Positions 34,510-43,109 of a DNA stretch of 64,000 bases are shown here, piece by piece. The notes under the pieces were generated by a model. The model saw only the letters and a program-made list of their open reading frames with translations, was not told the DNA's origin and ran no database searches. Positions within the stretch are counted from its first letter, which is position 1, and each line of letters opens with the position of its first letter. The translations under genes and the position numbers were made by a program. Origin of the DNA: Escherichia virus TH41; the sequence record MT446412.1, one strand, 5' to 3'.

Positions 34510-34782
34510 ATGAAAACTTTCAATGAATTTTTCAACGAGTCACAACTGAATGAAGAAGTAAAAATTAGTAAAGCAGTCAAATCTATGATTGACAATATCA
34601 ATCACCTGTATAGCATTGACTTGACTGACCATATAACAATTGGTAACAAACGCAACTTTTTCGCGTTTGACATTTCAGAACTTGACCAGAACCAAATTAA
34701 TAACATTGAGCGTTTTGCCAATGACAAGGGTCTCCGTCATGAGACAGCTGGTTATAAAAAATATGCAATTTATCTAAAATAG
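34510..34782 (+). CDS. Internal-protein-like protein with CTS N-terminus
   Basis: Starts MKTFNEFFNES; late promoter box immediately upstream. Confidence 0.6.
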   Translation: MKTFNEFFNESQLNEEVKISKAVKSMIDNINHLYSIDLTDHITIGNKRNFFAFDISELDQNQINNIERFANDKGLRHETAGYKKYAIYLK

Positions 34783-34790
34783 GATTTCAA

Positions 34791-35090
34791 ATGCAAACTT
34801 TTCATGAATTTTTGGTAGAAAACAATTACCTGGCAGAAGCAAAAACCTGGCCTCTGGGTCTTCAGAAGAAAAACACCTACAAATGGGTTGACTTCAAAGG
34901 TAAAGGCGACGCTGAAGACTTTGACCAGCTGCGTAAAAATGGTTATACCTTCCTTGACTCTAACTATAACAAAATTACCTCTTTTAGTCAGAAGTCAAGC
35001 ATTGCCTTCATTGAAACTGGTAAGAACTCTCCTAAAGATATCACTGACGACTTCACCGCTTATGGTGTAATTCGTGGTTCAAAAATGTAA
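34791..35090 (+). CDS. Internal-protein-like protein with CTS N-terminus
   Basis: Starts MQTFHEFLVEN; paralogous to 48952-49215 (shared ...AEDF...RKNGY...IAF...DDI...F..YG.I.G.K). Confidence 0.6.
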   Translation: MQTFHEFLVENNYLAEAKTWPLGLQKKNTYKWVDFKGKGDAEDFDQLRKNGYTFLDSNYNKITSFSQKSSIAFIETGKNSPKDITDDFTAYGVIRGSKM

Positions 35091-35119
35091 TGTACACGAT
35101 GGGATAGTTGCAGTATAAT
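35091..35119 (+). promoter_or_regulatory. Early promoter / stem-loop cassette
   Basis: TGTACA -35-like, 17-bp spacer, TATAAT; gggat...atccc inverted repeat flanking -10; conserved leader atcccatcaactactggag. Confidence 0.45.
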
Positions 35120-35145
35120 TATCCCATCAACTACTGGAGCTACTA

Positions 35146-35424
35146 ATGAAAACTTATCAAGAATTTATTAACGAATCAATTAGTCACCCGGATATGCTGG
35201 AAGACCTGAAAGGACATCTGATGGTTAAGGCCAAACCGGTTGATGGTGGCGCATTTGAGTTGTTTCTTGTTAAAGGCGAAAACGGTCCTGATAACAAGAA
35301 AGTTTCAGCAATGATGTTGACTAAAGGTTACAAAGTCAGTTCTTCCTGGAATGCTCCATTCACTTACGCGGTAAGCCCTCGTGAACTGAAAAAAGTTAAA
35401 GCTGGACAATATACAAAAATTTAG
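35146..35424 (+). CDS. Internal-protein-like protein with CTS N-terminus
   Basis: Starts MKTYQEFINES. Confidence 0.65.
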   Translation: MKTYQEFINESISHPDMLEDLKGHLMVKAKPVDGGAFELFLVKGENGPDNKKVSAMMLTKGYKVSSSWNAPFTYAVSPRELKKVKAGQYTKI

Positions 35425-35478
35425 TGTACGTGATGGGATAACTGTAGTATGATTATCTCATCAACTACTGGAGACCAC

Positions 35479-35733
35479 ATGAAAACTTATCAAGAATTTA
35501 TTACTGAATCTGCAAATGCAAAAGTTGAGTTTGCTTATGTTGGTTCGCCGCGTGGCAGTTTTTCCAATGAGGAATTCCGTCGTTCACTGGACAATTTCAT
35601 GCAGTTAAGTGCTGAAGTATCGCATGATGGTCGTTATGACATCGTTACTATTAGCGGTTCTGAAGACCTTATCAAAAAGTGGCACAAGCAGAAAGATGTT
35701 GAGATGCGTTACTATCGTATCCCTAAAAAATAA
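35479..35733 (+). CDS. Internal-protein-like protein with CTS N-terminus
   Basis: Start placed at internal ATG giving MKTYQEFITES; promoter cassette upstream. Confidence 0.65.
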   Translation: MKTYQEFITESANAKVEFAYVGSPRGSFSNEEFRRSLDNFMQLSAEVSHDGRYDIVTISGSEDLIKKWHKQKDVEMRYYRIPKK

Positions 35734-35790
35734 GTGTACTTTTAAATGGGATAGTGTATGATTATCCCATCAACTACTGAGGAGAATAAA

Positions 35791-35976
35791 ATGAAACGTT
35801 GCGAATTAATTAGAAATGTTACTGCCCTTGTTGCTGTTACCACTTTTGGTTTTAGCATGTTTGCTGGCTTTATGTTGAATATGCTTTCAACTTCTGAGAA
35901 TATAATCTCTTTAGTAGTTGCATTTTTAATTGGTTCAATCTCTTTCGTTATGGATAAAATCTCTAAAGGTGAGTAA
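35791..35976 (+). CDS. Small hydrophobic (likely membrane) protein, 61 aa
   Basis: Two hydrophobic segments; GAGGAG SD; promoter cassette upstream. Confidence 0.5.
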   Translation: MKRCELIRNVTALVAVTTFGFSMFAGFMLNMLSTSENIISLVVAFLIGSISFVMDKISKGE

Positions 35977-35977
35977 A

Positions 35978-36367
35978 ATGTATAAAGTGTATGCGGATTA
36001 TCAGGCAAATCCATCTGAAAAACCAGATTGTCAAATTGGGTGGGCGCATGACACCCTGCTTGAAGCGGTAGACGAAGCTCAAAAATTAGGGTATAGTTAT
36101 GTAGATATTGTTCAACCAAATGGAACAGTTATTACACTTGAAGAATTCAAGAATATCAAAACAAACTTTTTGCTTTTTGCAGGTGATAGCTATTATCCTC
36201 GTGGCGGTTATGCTGACTTAATCGCAAAGGCTGCGACTGAAGATGAACTGCGTGATATCATTAAAGAAAACGAGAAGAAGCCTTGTTATGGTTCCAACCG
36301 TTTTGACTGGTGGCAGATTGTTAATGCCAATACGCATACTATTGTTGATGAAGGAACATGCGAATGA
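35978..36367 (+). CDS. Hypothetical protein (129 aa)
   Basis: ATG immediately after upstream stop; no recognisable motif. Confidence 0.5.
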   Translation: MYKVYADYQANPSEKPDCQIGWAHDTLLEAVDEAQKLGYSYVDIVQPNGTVITLEEFKNIKTNFLLFAGDSYYPRGGYADLIAKAATEDELRDIIKENEKKPCYGSNRFDWWQIVNANTHTIVDEGTCE

Positions 36368-36840
36368 ATATCAAATTTGGTCAGACCATCCCTAAAGGTT
36401 ATGTGATTGAAATTGAAACCTGGGAAAATGATGGTGACAACTATAAAACCCAAACGGTATTTGGCGTAGAAGAACAAGAAATCCAGCAGTACAAATATAT
36501 CCTGGAACTTTTCCATGGTTCGCATTGCAACAACCGCAACAAATGTGGTAATTCAGAATGGGATGTGGTTAAACACTTGGTTATCGCCCACATTGCATCT
36601 GGCGTAAAATCTGGCCAGTTGACTTATGAATTTTTGGATAAAGTTCTTGGTATCCAAGACTTAGAAGCCTTGCTGAATGATGATGAAGAAGCATACTATT
36701 TGAATGAAGCCCTTACTGAGCTCCTTGGTATGGCTTGCGAATATGATGGCGATTTCATGCGTGTAATTTCTTATGTTAAGCTATATATAATCGAAGAAGA
36801 AATCCGAATCCCATCTGTTAAAGGGCTTGATATGCTTTAA
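36364..36840 (+). CDS. Hypothetical protein (158 aa)
   Basis: ATGA overlap with upstream gene; GAAGGA SD; no recognisable motif. Confidence 0.5.
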   Translation: MNIKFGQTIPKGYVIEIETWENDGDNYKTQTVFGVEEQEIQQYKYILELFHGSHCNNRNKCGNSEWDVVKHLVIAHIASGVKSGQLTYEFLDKVLGIQDLEALLNDDEEAYYLNEALTELLGMACEYDGDFMRVISYVKLYIIEEEIRIPSVKGLDML

Positions 36841-36961
36841 CAAAAACGCGTTATTATTAATAAGTACCCTCTATTACCAAAGGTTCTTCCCTCAAAGAAC
36901 CTTTCATAATAGCATGTGCTATTAATCAAACTTACTTTACTTAATTTTACTTGAGGTGCTT

Positions 36962-37231
36962 ATGTTAGTATTAAAATTAGCTTTTTACGACCCTAAAACA
37001 AAGACAACCACTACCAAACGTTGCTCTATTTCGTATGAGTGTCAATTTGGTGAAATTCAGCATCCAACAGGCGAAACCTTTATGTCAATTGGTTGTTCAA
37101 CATTCAATAAAGTCAAATTAATCCCGTTGGTTAATACGGCGGCTTATCTGGTTGCTCCAGAAGAAATGACTTATCATACAATTCAGCATATGGTTAAAGA
37201 TGATAATGCTCCTGCTGGATTTGTAATTTAA
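36962..37231 (+). CDS. Hypothetical protein (89 aa)
   Basis: ORF ending 5 bp before the tRNA pair; start ATG preceded by GAGG. Confidence 0.4.
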   Translation: MLVLKLAFYDPKTKTTTTKRCSISYECQFGEIQHPTGETFMSIGCSTFNKVKLIPLVNTAAYLVAPEEMTYHTIQHMVKDDNAPAGFVI

Positions 37232-37236
37232 TTTTA

Positions 37237-37312
37237 GGCCCTGTAGCTCAATTGGTTAGAGCATCCGGCTCATAACTGGCAGGTTTCCGGTTCAAGTCCG
37301 GATGGGGCCACC
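37237..37312 (+). tRNA. tRNA with CAT anticodon (Met or Ile2-type)
   Basis: Hand-folded cloverleaf: 7-bp acceptor stem (two G-U pairs), D-arm GCTC/GAGC, anticodon loop CTCATAA, T-loop TTCAAGT, discriminator A. Confidence 0.75.
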
Positions 37313-37389
37313 CGGGGTGTAGCTCAATTGTATAGAGCAACGGTCTTCTAAACCGTAGGTTGTGGGTTAGAATCCCACCACCCCGACCA
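37313..37389 (+). tRNA. tRNA-Arg (anticodon TCT)
   Basis: Hand-folded cloverleaf: perfect 7-bp acceptor stem, anticodon stem ACGGT/ACCGT with loop CTTCTAA, T-arm GTGGG-TTAGAAT-CCCAC, encoded CCA. Confidence 0.85.
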
Positions 37390-37404
37390 ATTACTGAGGA
37401 TATT

Positions 37405-37644
37405 ATGGTTATTAGTGAATCATATGCAGTTATGGATATAACCAGCAACGAGCTGGTTTATAGCTTTGATGAGTTTGACGAAAATGATAAACAAGTCCCA
37501 TGGTTTGCATTAACTGCTCCACCTGAACATAATAAATATCTAAGTTTCCCGACTCGCAGACTAGCAACAAATTTTATGGAATTCAATGACCTTGATTCCA
37601 ATTATAAGGTTGTTAAAGTCAAATTAGCTATTACAATTGAATGA
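37405..37644 (+). CDS. Hypothetical protein (79 aa) just downstream of the tRNAs
   Basis: ATG after GAGGA SD at the 3' end of tRNA-Arg; acidic protein. Confidence 0.45.
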   Translation: MVISESYAVMDITSNELVYSFDEFDENDKQVPWFALTAPPEHNKYLSFPTRRLATNFMEFNDLDSNYKVVKVKLAITIE

Positions 37645-37649
37645 GAAGC

Positions 37650-37830
37650 CGGGTCGCTACCGGTAAGTCGTCGGGGCCTGTTCCCTGGGGTATTGTTCCT
37701 CCCACAGTTTTCTGTGTTCTGGTTCTTTACTATCACATCAGGCACGGCGCACCCTTTTACGGAGTTTTTCCAGAGCGGGCGGTGCGCCCGGTAGTATGAG
37801 AAATCCGAGCGGATGGTGCATCCGGTACTA
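37650..37830 (+). ncRNA. Candidate structured small RNA downstream of the tRNA pair
   Basis: About 180 bp with no plausible ORF, locally GC-rich, with stems GGCGCACC/GGTGCGCC (37746-37788) and CGGATG-gtg-CATCCG (37810-37824); resembles the placement of stable RNA species next to T4 tRNA genes. Confidence 0.3.
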
Positions 37831-37835
37831 TGGAA

Positions 37836-37843
37836 TATAAATA
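37836..37843 (+). promoter_or_regulatory. Late promoter box TATAAATA upstream of ORF 37875
   Basis: Exact TATAAATA on plus strand 32 bp upstream of the ATG. Confidence 0.45.
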
Positions 37844-37874
37844 TTAACAACAACCCTAATAATGGAAAAACAAA

Positions 37875-38258
37875 ATGCTTACATATGCAGAATTTTTAAA
37901 TCGCAATACCATCACCGAATCCGTACTGACTGAAGCTGGCAAATTTTCTTTAGTGGCTCCAGAAAAAGCCGGCGTTTCAATTGGTGACCGTGTTATGTTC
38001 AAGAAACCAGTTAATGGCGTTTCTTGGGGTATCGTAACTGGGTTTGGTATCAAAGCTAAAGATGTTAAAAACGCCGCCGCGCCAGGTGCTAAACTAGCCG
38101 GTTCCAAAGTTTCAACTTATATGGTTCGTCCTAAACAGTCTCCAGGTAATGGTGCCGCTGACTGGGTTGGTGCTCCAATCGAAATCGCTCGTGATAAATT
38201 CTTGAACATCACTGACCGTGCCAACGAACGCGCTGCAATGGCATTCGCTCGCGGATAA
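37875..38258 (+). CDS. Candidate internal protein with divergent CTS-like N-terminus
   Basis: Starts MLTYAEFLNRNTITES (..TY.EF.. plus I-T-E cleavage-type motif); late promoter box upstream; terminator downstream. Confidence 0.45.
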   Translation: MLTYAEFLNRNTITESVLTEAGKFSLVAPEKAGVSIGDRVMFKKPVNGVSWGIVTGFGIKAKDVKNAAAPGAKLAGSKVSTYMVRPKQSPGNGAADWVGAPIEIARDKFLNITDRANERAAMAFARG

Positions 38259-38295
38259 GAACACTTGCCTTGCAGGTGGAACCCCGACAAGGTAT

Positions 38296-38325
38296 AGCCC
38301 CTTCCGAAAGGTTGGGGCTTTTTTA
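38296..38325 (+). terminator. Rho-independent terminator
   Basis: gcccc...ggggc stem with GAAA-containing loop followed by TTTTTT. Confidence 0.6.
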
Positions 38326-38347
38326 TAAATCAACTAAAGAGAAACGT

Positions 38348-38902
38348 ATGAAACTGTTAAAATATTTGAGTTGGATTCTGTTAGTTCCGCTGGATTTTAT
38401 CTCCATGATTCTGGCCGTTATCCTGGCTCCATTTGTAGTTCCGTTCCATAATAAAAAGACTGGTAAACTTCCGTTCGGGTTTGATTGGATGATGACTTAT
38501 GATAATCCGATTGATGGTGACCGTGGTCATATCAAACGTTGGTCAAAAATCCGAAAATGGCCATTAGGTGTTTACTTCCAACGAGTAGCCTGGCTCTGGC
38601 GAAACAAAGCATACAATTTTGCTTACCACAAGCTCGGTCGTGATTGCAATTCAGAATTCCATTATAAAGGTAATCCTGATGTTGAATCTGGTTCCCCAGA
38701 TAAAGCTCATCATGGATGGCTCTTTATGTGGACGGACAATGCCTGGGGTGTTTTTGCTTCTGTTCCTTATCTTAAGGTCGGTGGAATCACCTTTTATCTG
38801 CGTGTTTATTGTGGCTGGAAGCTCAAGAGCCTTCTGTCCCGACCCATCCCTAAGGCTATGCTCGCCTTTCATATAAATCCGTTCCGCTTTTATAAGAACT
38901 AA
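38348..38902 (+). CDS. Membrane-anchored protein (184 aa)
   Basis: N-terminal hydrophobic segment LSWILLVPLDFISMILAVILAPFVV; start placed at ATG with AAAGAGAAA leader. Confidence 0.5.
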   Translation: MKLLKYLSWILLVPLDFISMILAVILAPFVVPFHNKKTGKLPFGFDWMMTYDNPIDGDRGHIKRWSKIRKWPLGVYFQRVAWLWRNKAYNFAYHKLGRDCNSEFHYKGNPDVESGSPDKAHHGWLFMWTDNAWGVFASVPYLKVGGITFYLRVYCGWKLKSLLSRPIPKAMLAFHINPFRFYKN

Positions 38903-38903
38903 C

Positions 38904-38925
38904 AGCCCGCATTGCGGGCTTTTTT
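38904..38925 (+). terminator. Rho-independent terminator
   Basis: agcccgc-att-gcgggct hairpin followed by TTTTTT. Confidence 0.65.
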
Positions 38926-38962
38926 ATACCCCGAATAAATTTGAAATTTTCTTCAAAAAGTA

Positions 38963-38992
38963 GTGTACATCCAAATTGTCTGGGTGCATAAT
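38963..38992 (+). promoter_or_regulatory. Early promoter cassette (GTGTAC -35-like / CATAAT -10)
   Basis: GTGTAC, 18-bp spacer, CATAAT, then conserved leader gattccatactgagttacac. Confidence 0.4.
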
Positions 38993-39043
38993 GATTCCAT
39001 ACTGAGTTACACACTGAATCAAACAAAACTTTGGAGAAATAAA

Positions 39044-39469
39044 ATGAACTTTCTGACCCTGACCTCTGCATTCTCTGTTACCCGCATCACTAACAAAATG
39101 GTTGCTGACGAAGTATGTGAAATCTGCATTCGTGAAGATGCACTTATCCATCTGACTTCAACCCAGATTGTTGCCATTGCCAAGTCCCTTAATTCTGAAC
39201 TGAAGGTAAACACCAAACAGTCAAAAGAATCTATCATTGAATTAATCCAAGCTGAAATGATTGAATTCCCAATTGAAGAAGTTAAAGAAGAAAAAATCCA
39301 GTCCAAATCTGGTAACGCTCGTGACATTTGCTTCCAGGCATTTGCAGAAATTGATATGAATGATAATGCAGCTCGTCGCGCTCTGATTGATGTTCTGGTT
39401 ACCACCCATGATATCAAAAAGACTGTTGTTCAGTCATATGCATCCAACTTCCGCAAAGCTCAAAAATAA
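39044..39469 (+). CDS. Hypothetical protein, paralogue A (141 aa)
   Basis: C-terminal region ...NAARRALIDVLV...VVQSYASNFRK shared with the 39553 ORF. Confidence 0.55.
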   Translation: MNFLTLTSAFSVTRITNKMVADEVCEICIREDALIHLTSTQIVAIAKSLNSELKVNTKQSKESIIELIQAEMIEFPIEEVKEEKIQSKSGNARDICFQAFAEIDMNDNAARRALIDVLVTTHDIKKTVVQSYASNFRKAQK

Positions 39470-39481
39470 TTGAGAAAAGTG

Positions 39482-39510
39482 TTTTACTTCCAGATGGGAT
39501 AGTGTATAAT
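39482..39510 (+). promoter_or_regulatory. Early promoter / stem-loop cassette
   Basis: TTTTAC -35-like, 17-bp spacer, TATAAT; gggatag...tatccca inverted repeat flanking -10. Confidence 0.45.
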
Positions 39511-39552
39511 TATCCCATACTGAGTTACCAAATAAACAAACGGGAAAATAAA

Positions 39553-39996
39553 ATGAAAACTTCAAAACTGGTTAAGTATGTTAAACTGGCATTAAACAAC
39601 TCTTCTGAAGCTGAAGCACAATCCGCAGCACGTATGTTCTTCAAACGTCTGACAGCTGAAGGTATTTCATTTAACCCGGCAGTATTTGGTATCACTCGTG
39701 GCGAAGCTGCTAAACTGGCAACTCTGGCAGGTAAAATTTTTAAAGGTCTGAATGATGGACAGGTTAAACCAGAAGTTAAACCTACTCCTAAAGCTGAACC
39801 AAAAGCTGAACGTAAGGCACCTAAACGCTCCGGTATGAGCAACAAAGATTTATGCTATGATATGTTCAAAACTGTTAATATGTCTAATGGTGCTGCTCGC
39901 AGAGCTGTTATTGATATGATTGTGCGTGAGTTTGGATTCAACAAAGCATCAGTTCAGTCTTATGCTTCCAACTTCCGCAAAGAATTTGAAATTTAA
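39553..39996 (+). CDS. Hypothetical protein, paralogue B (147 aa)
   Basis: C-terminal region ...NGAARRAVIDMIV...SVQSYASNFRK shared with the 39044 ORF; Lys/Pro-rich linker. Confidence 0.55.
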   Translation: MKTSKLVKYVKLALNNSSEAEAQSAARMFFKRLTAEGISFNPAVFGITRGEAAKLATLAGKIFKGLNDGQVKPEVKPTPKAEPKAERKAPKRSGMSNKDLCYDMFKTVNMSNGAARRAVIDMIVREFGFNKASVQSYASNFRKEFEI

Positions 39997-40002
39997 TTAA
40001 AA

Positions 40003-40036
40003 AGGGGGTATACAAGCCCCCTGCTTTAAGGCATAA
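40003..40036 (+). promoter_or_regulatory. Stem-loop plus early promoter-like element
   Basis: ggggg-tatacaag-ccccc hairpin followed by CATAAT and the tccatactgagttacac leader. Confidence 0.35.
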
Positions 40037-40078
40037 TGATTCCATACTGAGTTACACAATAAAACACTGGAGAATAAA

Positions 40079-40384
40079 ATGAAATTCATCATCAACCTGG
40101 CGCTTGTTGACTTTGATAAAACTGGTAATTTCGCATCTGCTGAAAATATGATTCGTAACACCAAGTTCAAAGTGCAAGTCCAACAGGCGGTAGCAAAAGA
40201 GTTCTTTACTGATAAATTAACTAACGTTGTTAATCACCTGAATGTGCAAGTTAAATTCACTCGTGAAGCGGAAACTACTGTTGCATTTGATTTTGACTGC
40301 CAATACCATGATGAATATGTTCGCCGCATCCTGGATATTGTGTCTGATGAACTTTATTATGGTGTGCAGGAAAACAAAATCTAA
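40079..40384 (+). CDS. Hypothetical protein (101 aa)
   Basis: ORF with GGAG SD; no recognisable motif. Confidence 0.5.
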   Translation: MKFIINLALVDFDKTGNFASAENMIRNTKFKVQVQQAVAKEFFTDKLTNVVNHLNVQVKFTREAETTVAFDFDCQYHDEYVRRILDIVSDELYYGVQENKI

Positions 40385-40456
40385 ATTAGTGCTTTAATGG
40401 GAACATGATAGTATGTTCCCTGGATAATAAAACTTTAACCATCTGAAGGAAATACC

Positions 40457-41050
40457 ATGAATACTTTAAAGAAACTTGTTGAATTCATCCGCTCCAAACT
40501 GGGTACTGCAATGGCACAAAACCTGTCTATTGAAGACCAGTATACTAAAGCTGCTTCTACCCTGATTGATAAGATTACTGAGCTCCAGACTGCCCATGTT
40601 AAGTCTGTTAATGAAGAAAAACGCATTCGCGAGTTAGCGAATGAAAAAGACCAGCTCGCTTCTTCTAAAGAACGCGAAATTCGTAAACTGATTGCTGATG
40701 GCGCAGATGTCCAGGTCCATGCTAAACTGGGTCTCCTTTATCGTCGCACTGCTAAACAACTTCGTAAGAAGGCAGATGATTATGTTGAAATGCGTAATGA
40801 AATTAAATTGAAAGTTAAAGAGCTGGATGATTCTCGTCAGGAACTAGCTGTTAAACTGGAATATATCCGCGAAACCCGTAAGGTGTCTGCGCTGGGTATT
40901 GCAACCGCAGATGATGTTGTTGAAATCGCTGCATTGACTAAGATTGATATTGAAGACACTCTGATGCGTGTTGAAACCTTCAAAGGTCCACAGGTTGGTG
41001 TGGATACCACATCCGCTGACATTGAAGAATATATCAATTCACTTAAGTAA
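40457..41050 (+). CDS. Hypothetical coiled-coil protein (197 aa)
   Basis: Heptad-like charged helical sequence throughout. Confidence 0.5.
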   Translation: MNTLKKLVEFIRSKLGTAMAQNLSIEDQYTKAASTLIDKITELQTAHVKSVNEEKRIRELANEKDQLASSKEREIRKLIADGADVQVHAKLGLLYRRTAKQLRKKADDYVEMRNEIKLKVKELDDSRQELAVKLEYIRETRKVSALGIATADDVVEIAALTKIDIEDTLMRVETFKGPQVGVDTTSADIEEYINSLK

Positions 41051-41057
41051 GATAAAA

Positions 41058-41074
41058 AGGGGGCTTTGCCCCCT
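41058..41074. other. GC stem-loop (agggggc-ttt-gccccct)
   Basis: Perfect 7-bp stem; T-run present only on the minus-strand side. Confidence 0.4.
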
Positions 41075-41094
41075 AATTGGGAGAGGAGAATATT

Positions 41095-41649
41095 ATGAGC
41101 TTATATACTGACCTTCTATCAAATGTAGACTGGTTTGGTGGTAGTGGTCTTGCCACTGAAACTAACACAGTTCTTTATAGAATCCGCGGTGACCTAGGTT
41201 ATTCCAATGATTTCTTAAGAAGAACAACAAGTCGCGGCGATACTACAAAATTGCCTTTTATTTTTGCTTTAGCTGAAGACCTTTCTTTTGCAGATGCCTT
41301 GGAAATTATTGATGTAAATCTGGGTATTCAACGAGTGGAATTCGGCGGGCTGAGTTATTCCGTGTATGCATTAAACGACCCAAGCGATTATAAACAACTT
41401 ATTGATGCGGATGATTATGACCATTTGGTATGTTATTTGATGTTGGAAAATGGTGACCACTTTGGAATGGTTGACCGCCGCCCAACTTATACTGATATTA
41501 AAAATTATGATAAAGATGAGCTTCTTGATTTGGCGGCTGAGTACACATTAGAGAGTCGTAAACGGAAACGTAAGCTTAATCGTTTTATTGCTGAATGTCG
41601 TGAATATGCTAAAGGGGTTCAAAATGCGAACGTTATATCTGCCAAGTAA
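41095..41649 (+). CDS. Hypothetical protein (184 aa) with C-terminal FIAECR motif
   Basis: GGAGAGGAG SD; C-terminal ...KLNRFIAECREYAKG shared with 41970 and 46317 ORFs. Confidence 0.5.
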   Translation: MSLYTDLLSNVDWFGGSGLATETNTVLYRIRGDLGYSNDFLRRTTSRGDTTKLPFIFALAEDLSFADALEIIDVNLGIQRVEFGGLSYSVYALNDPSDYKQLIDADDYDHLVCYLMLENGDHFGMVDRRPTYTDIKNYDKDELLDLAAEYTLESRKRKRKLNRFIAECREYAKGVQNANVISAK

Positions 41650-41983
41650 ACCAGAAAAATTTGTATACGCAGACAAGATTGATAAAGACCTTATGCCTCC
41701 ATTTGGAGCTTTGTCCATGTGCATCGTTGGGGTTATAATGATGGTGCTTTGTGGGGATATGAATATCATTAGTGTTGGAGTCGCCTGGTCACTAATAATT
41801 GCAGCACCTTTTATTACAGTCCTGAGCATGATATTGATAAATGTGTGGCATCAAAATCATATGAATAAAGGATATCGTGGGCGAGTTAAAGAGTGGGAAC
41901 AAAAATGCGTTTCCCTGCAAGAAGAGCACAAAATTAAATGTGCCGAAGAATTTATTAAGGAGGTTCGTAATGGAACGGCCTAG
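41624..41983 (+). CDS. Membrane protein (119 aa)
   Basis: Two hydrophobic segments; start placed at internal ATG MRTLYLPSK. Confidence 0.45.
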   Translation: MRTLYLPSKPEKFVYADKIDKDLMPPFGALSMCIVGVIMMVLCGDMNIISVGVAWSLIIAAPFITVLSMILINVWHQNHMNKGYRGRVKEWEQKCVSLQEEHKIKCAEEFIKEVRNGTA

Positions 41984-42323
41984 TCTTGCATCACATGTTT
42001 ATCAATTGGCTGAATATGATATTGGTGCCAATTTATTATTAGGGATTGTCACCGCCATGCTTGGTGGTTTGGTTGGTCTGGTAATGACCACGGTTATGGC
42101 TGCAATCGAGGGAGTCATGCCCATTGAGATGGGTTTCTTTATGATAATCGCTCCGGCTGTTGTGTCTTATTTTATCCCTGTTGTGTATGATATCTGTCAC
42201 ACAAATGCAGTGAATGCTCCTAGTCGGAAGAGATATGGTTCAGCAATGGCTGAGTATAATAAGTTCCTGAACAAAACAAAACGTAATGAACTTGAAACCT
42301 TTATTAAGGAATGTAAATCATGA
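41970..42323 (+). CDS. Membrane protein (117 aa) with C-terminal FIKECK motif
   Basis: Hydrophobic segments; C-terminus ...KRNELETFIKECKS. Confidence 0.5.
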   Translation: MERPSLASHVYQLAEYDIGANLLLGIVTAMLGGLVGLVMTTVMAAIEGVMPIEMGFFMIIAPAVVSYFIPVVYDICHTNAVNAPSRKRYGSAMAEYNKFLNKTKRNELETFIKECKS

Positions 42324-42610
42324 ATAAAATTGAAATTGCTATCCCCAAGTATTATGATGAGAAATCTGCAGAAAAAGCTATCTATTCTCTTCTAAATAAG
42401 ACCTCTGAAATTGAAAAACACTGTGAAGAAATCGCAGATGAATATGGTATCGAATTCAGCACTGGTGATTACGGCACCGGCCGTACATATCACCCAGTCG
42501 GTTATGAATGTTCCGAATGGTTCGCTCACCATATTGAAAACAACGGCGGACAAGTTGAAAACGGCATTGTTACTGTTGGTGCCTGGGTTTCCTCTTCTGA
42601 GGTGTGCTAA
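42320..42610 (+). CDS. Small protein, W-x-SS-x-x-C family member 1 (96 aa)
   Basis: C-terminus ...VGAWVSSSEVC; ATGA overlap with upstream gene. Confidence 0.55.
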   Translation: MNKIEIAIPKYYDEKSAEKAIYSLLNKTSEIEKHCEEIADEYGIEFSTGDYGTGRTYHPVGYECSEWFAHHIENNGGQVENGIVTVGAWVSSSEVC

Positions 42611-42611
42611 T

Positions 42612-42893
42612 ATGATGAATGATTACCGTAAAAATAAAGAACTGGCTAACGCAGTAAATGACATCCATAAAGCTATTCGTCGTGCTGAGGAAATTGCAAA
42701 CAAATATGAGACTCATTTTAATATATACCCTGCTCGCGGTATGGGCGGTGACTATTATTCTCCTGGCGCCCTGAAAGCTGACCTTGCTCATTGGGAAGAA
42801 CATGGTCATCCTGAATGGGCTATTGTTAATACTCATGACTATACAACTGACCTGGAAAAAGGCGGTTGGGTGTCCTCCTCTTCTGAATGTTAA
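42612..42893 (+). CDS. Small protein, W-x-SS-x-x-C family member 2 (93 aa)
   Basis: Start placed at ATG directly after previous stop; C-terminus ...GGWVSSSSEC. Confidence 0.55.
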   Translation: MMNDYRKNKELANAVNDIHKAIRRAEEIANKYETHFNIYPARGMGGDYYSPGALKADLAHWEEHGHPEWAIVNTHDYTTDLEKGGWVSSSSEC

Positions 42894-42902
42894 GGAACTA
42901 TT

Positions 42903-43100
42903 ATGTCTCGTGAACTAGATTGTGCAATCCGTACTGCCGCGGCAGCTATTGAAAACGTTATCCAGATTTGTAAAGAAGAGCGTGAAGAAGCTGATATCTA
43001 TATCGATGGTGTTCGTGACCTAGAACGACATATCACGCTTTATAATGGTTGTATTACTATTAGTGGTACCTCTTGGGTGTCCTCCTCTTACGAATGCTAA
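42903..43100 (+). CDS. Small protein, W-x-SS-x-x-C family member 3 (65 aa)
   Basis: C-terminus ...GTSWVSSSYEC; AAGGAA SD. Confidence 0.55.
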   Translation: MSRELDCAIRTAAAAIENVIQICKEEREEADIYIDGVRDLERHITLYNGCITISGTSWVSSSYEC

Positions 43101-43109
43101 GGAAATAAA

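Noticed and set aside
39019-39417. 132-aa minus-strand ORF opposite the 39044 gene
   Set aside because: Antisense to a plus-strand gene that has a promoter cassette and SD; the whole region is otherwise transcribed rightward.
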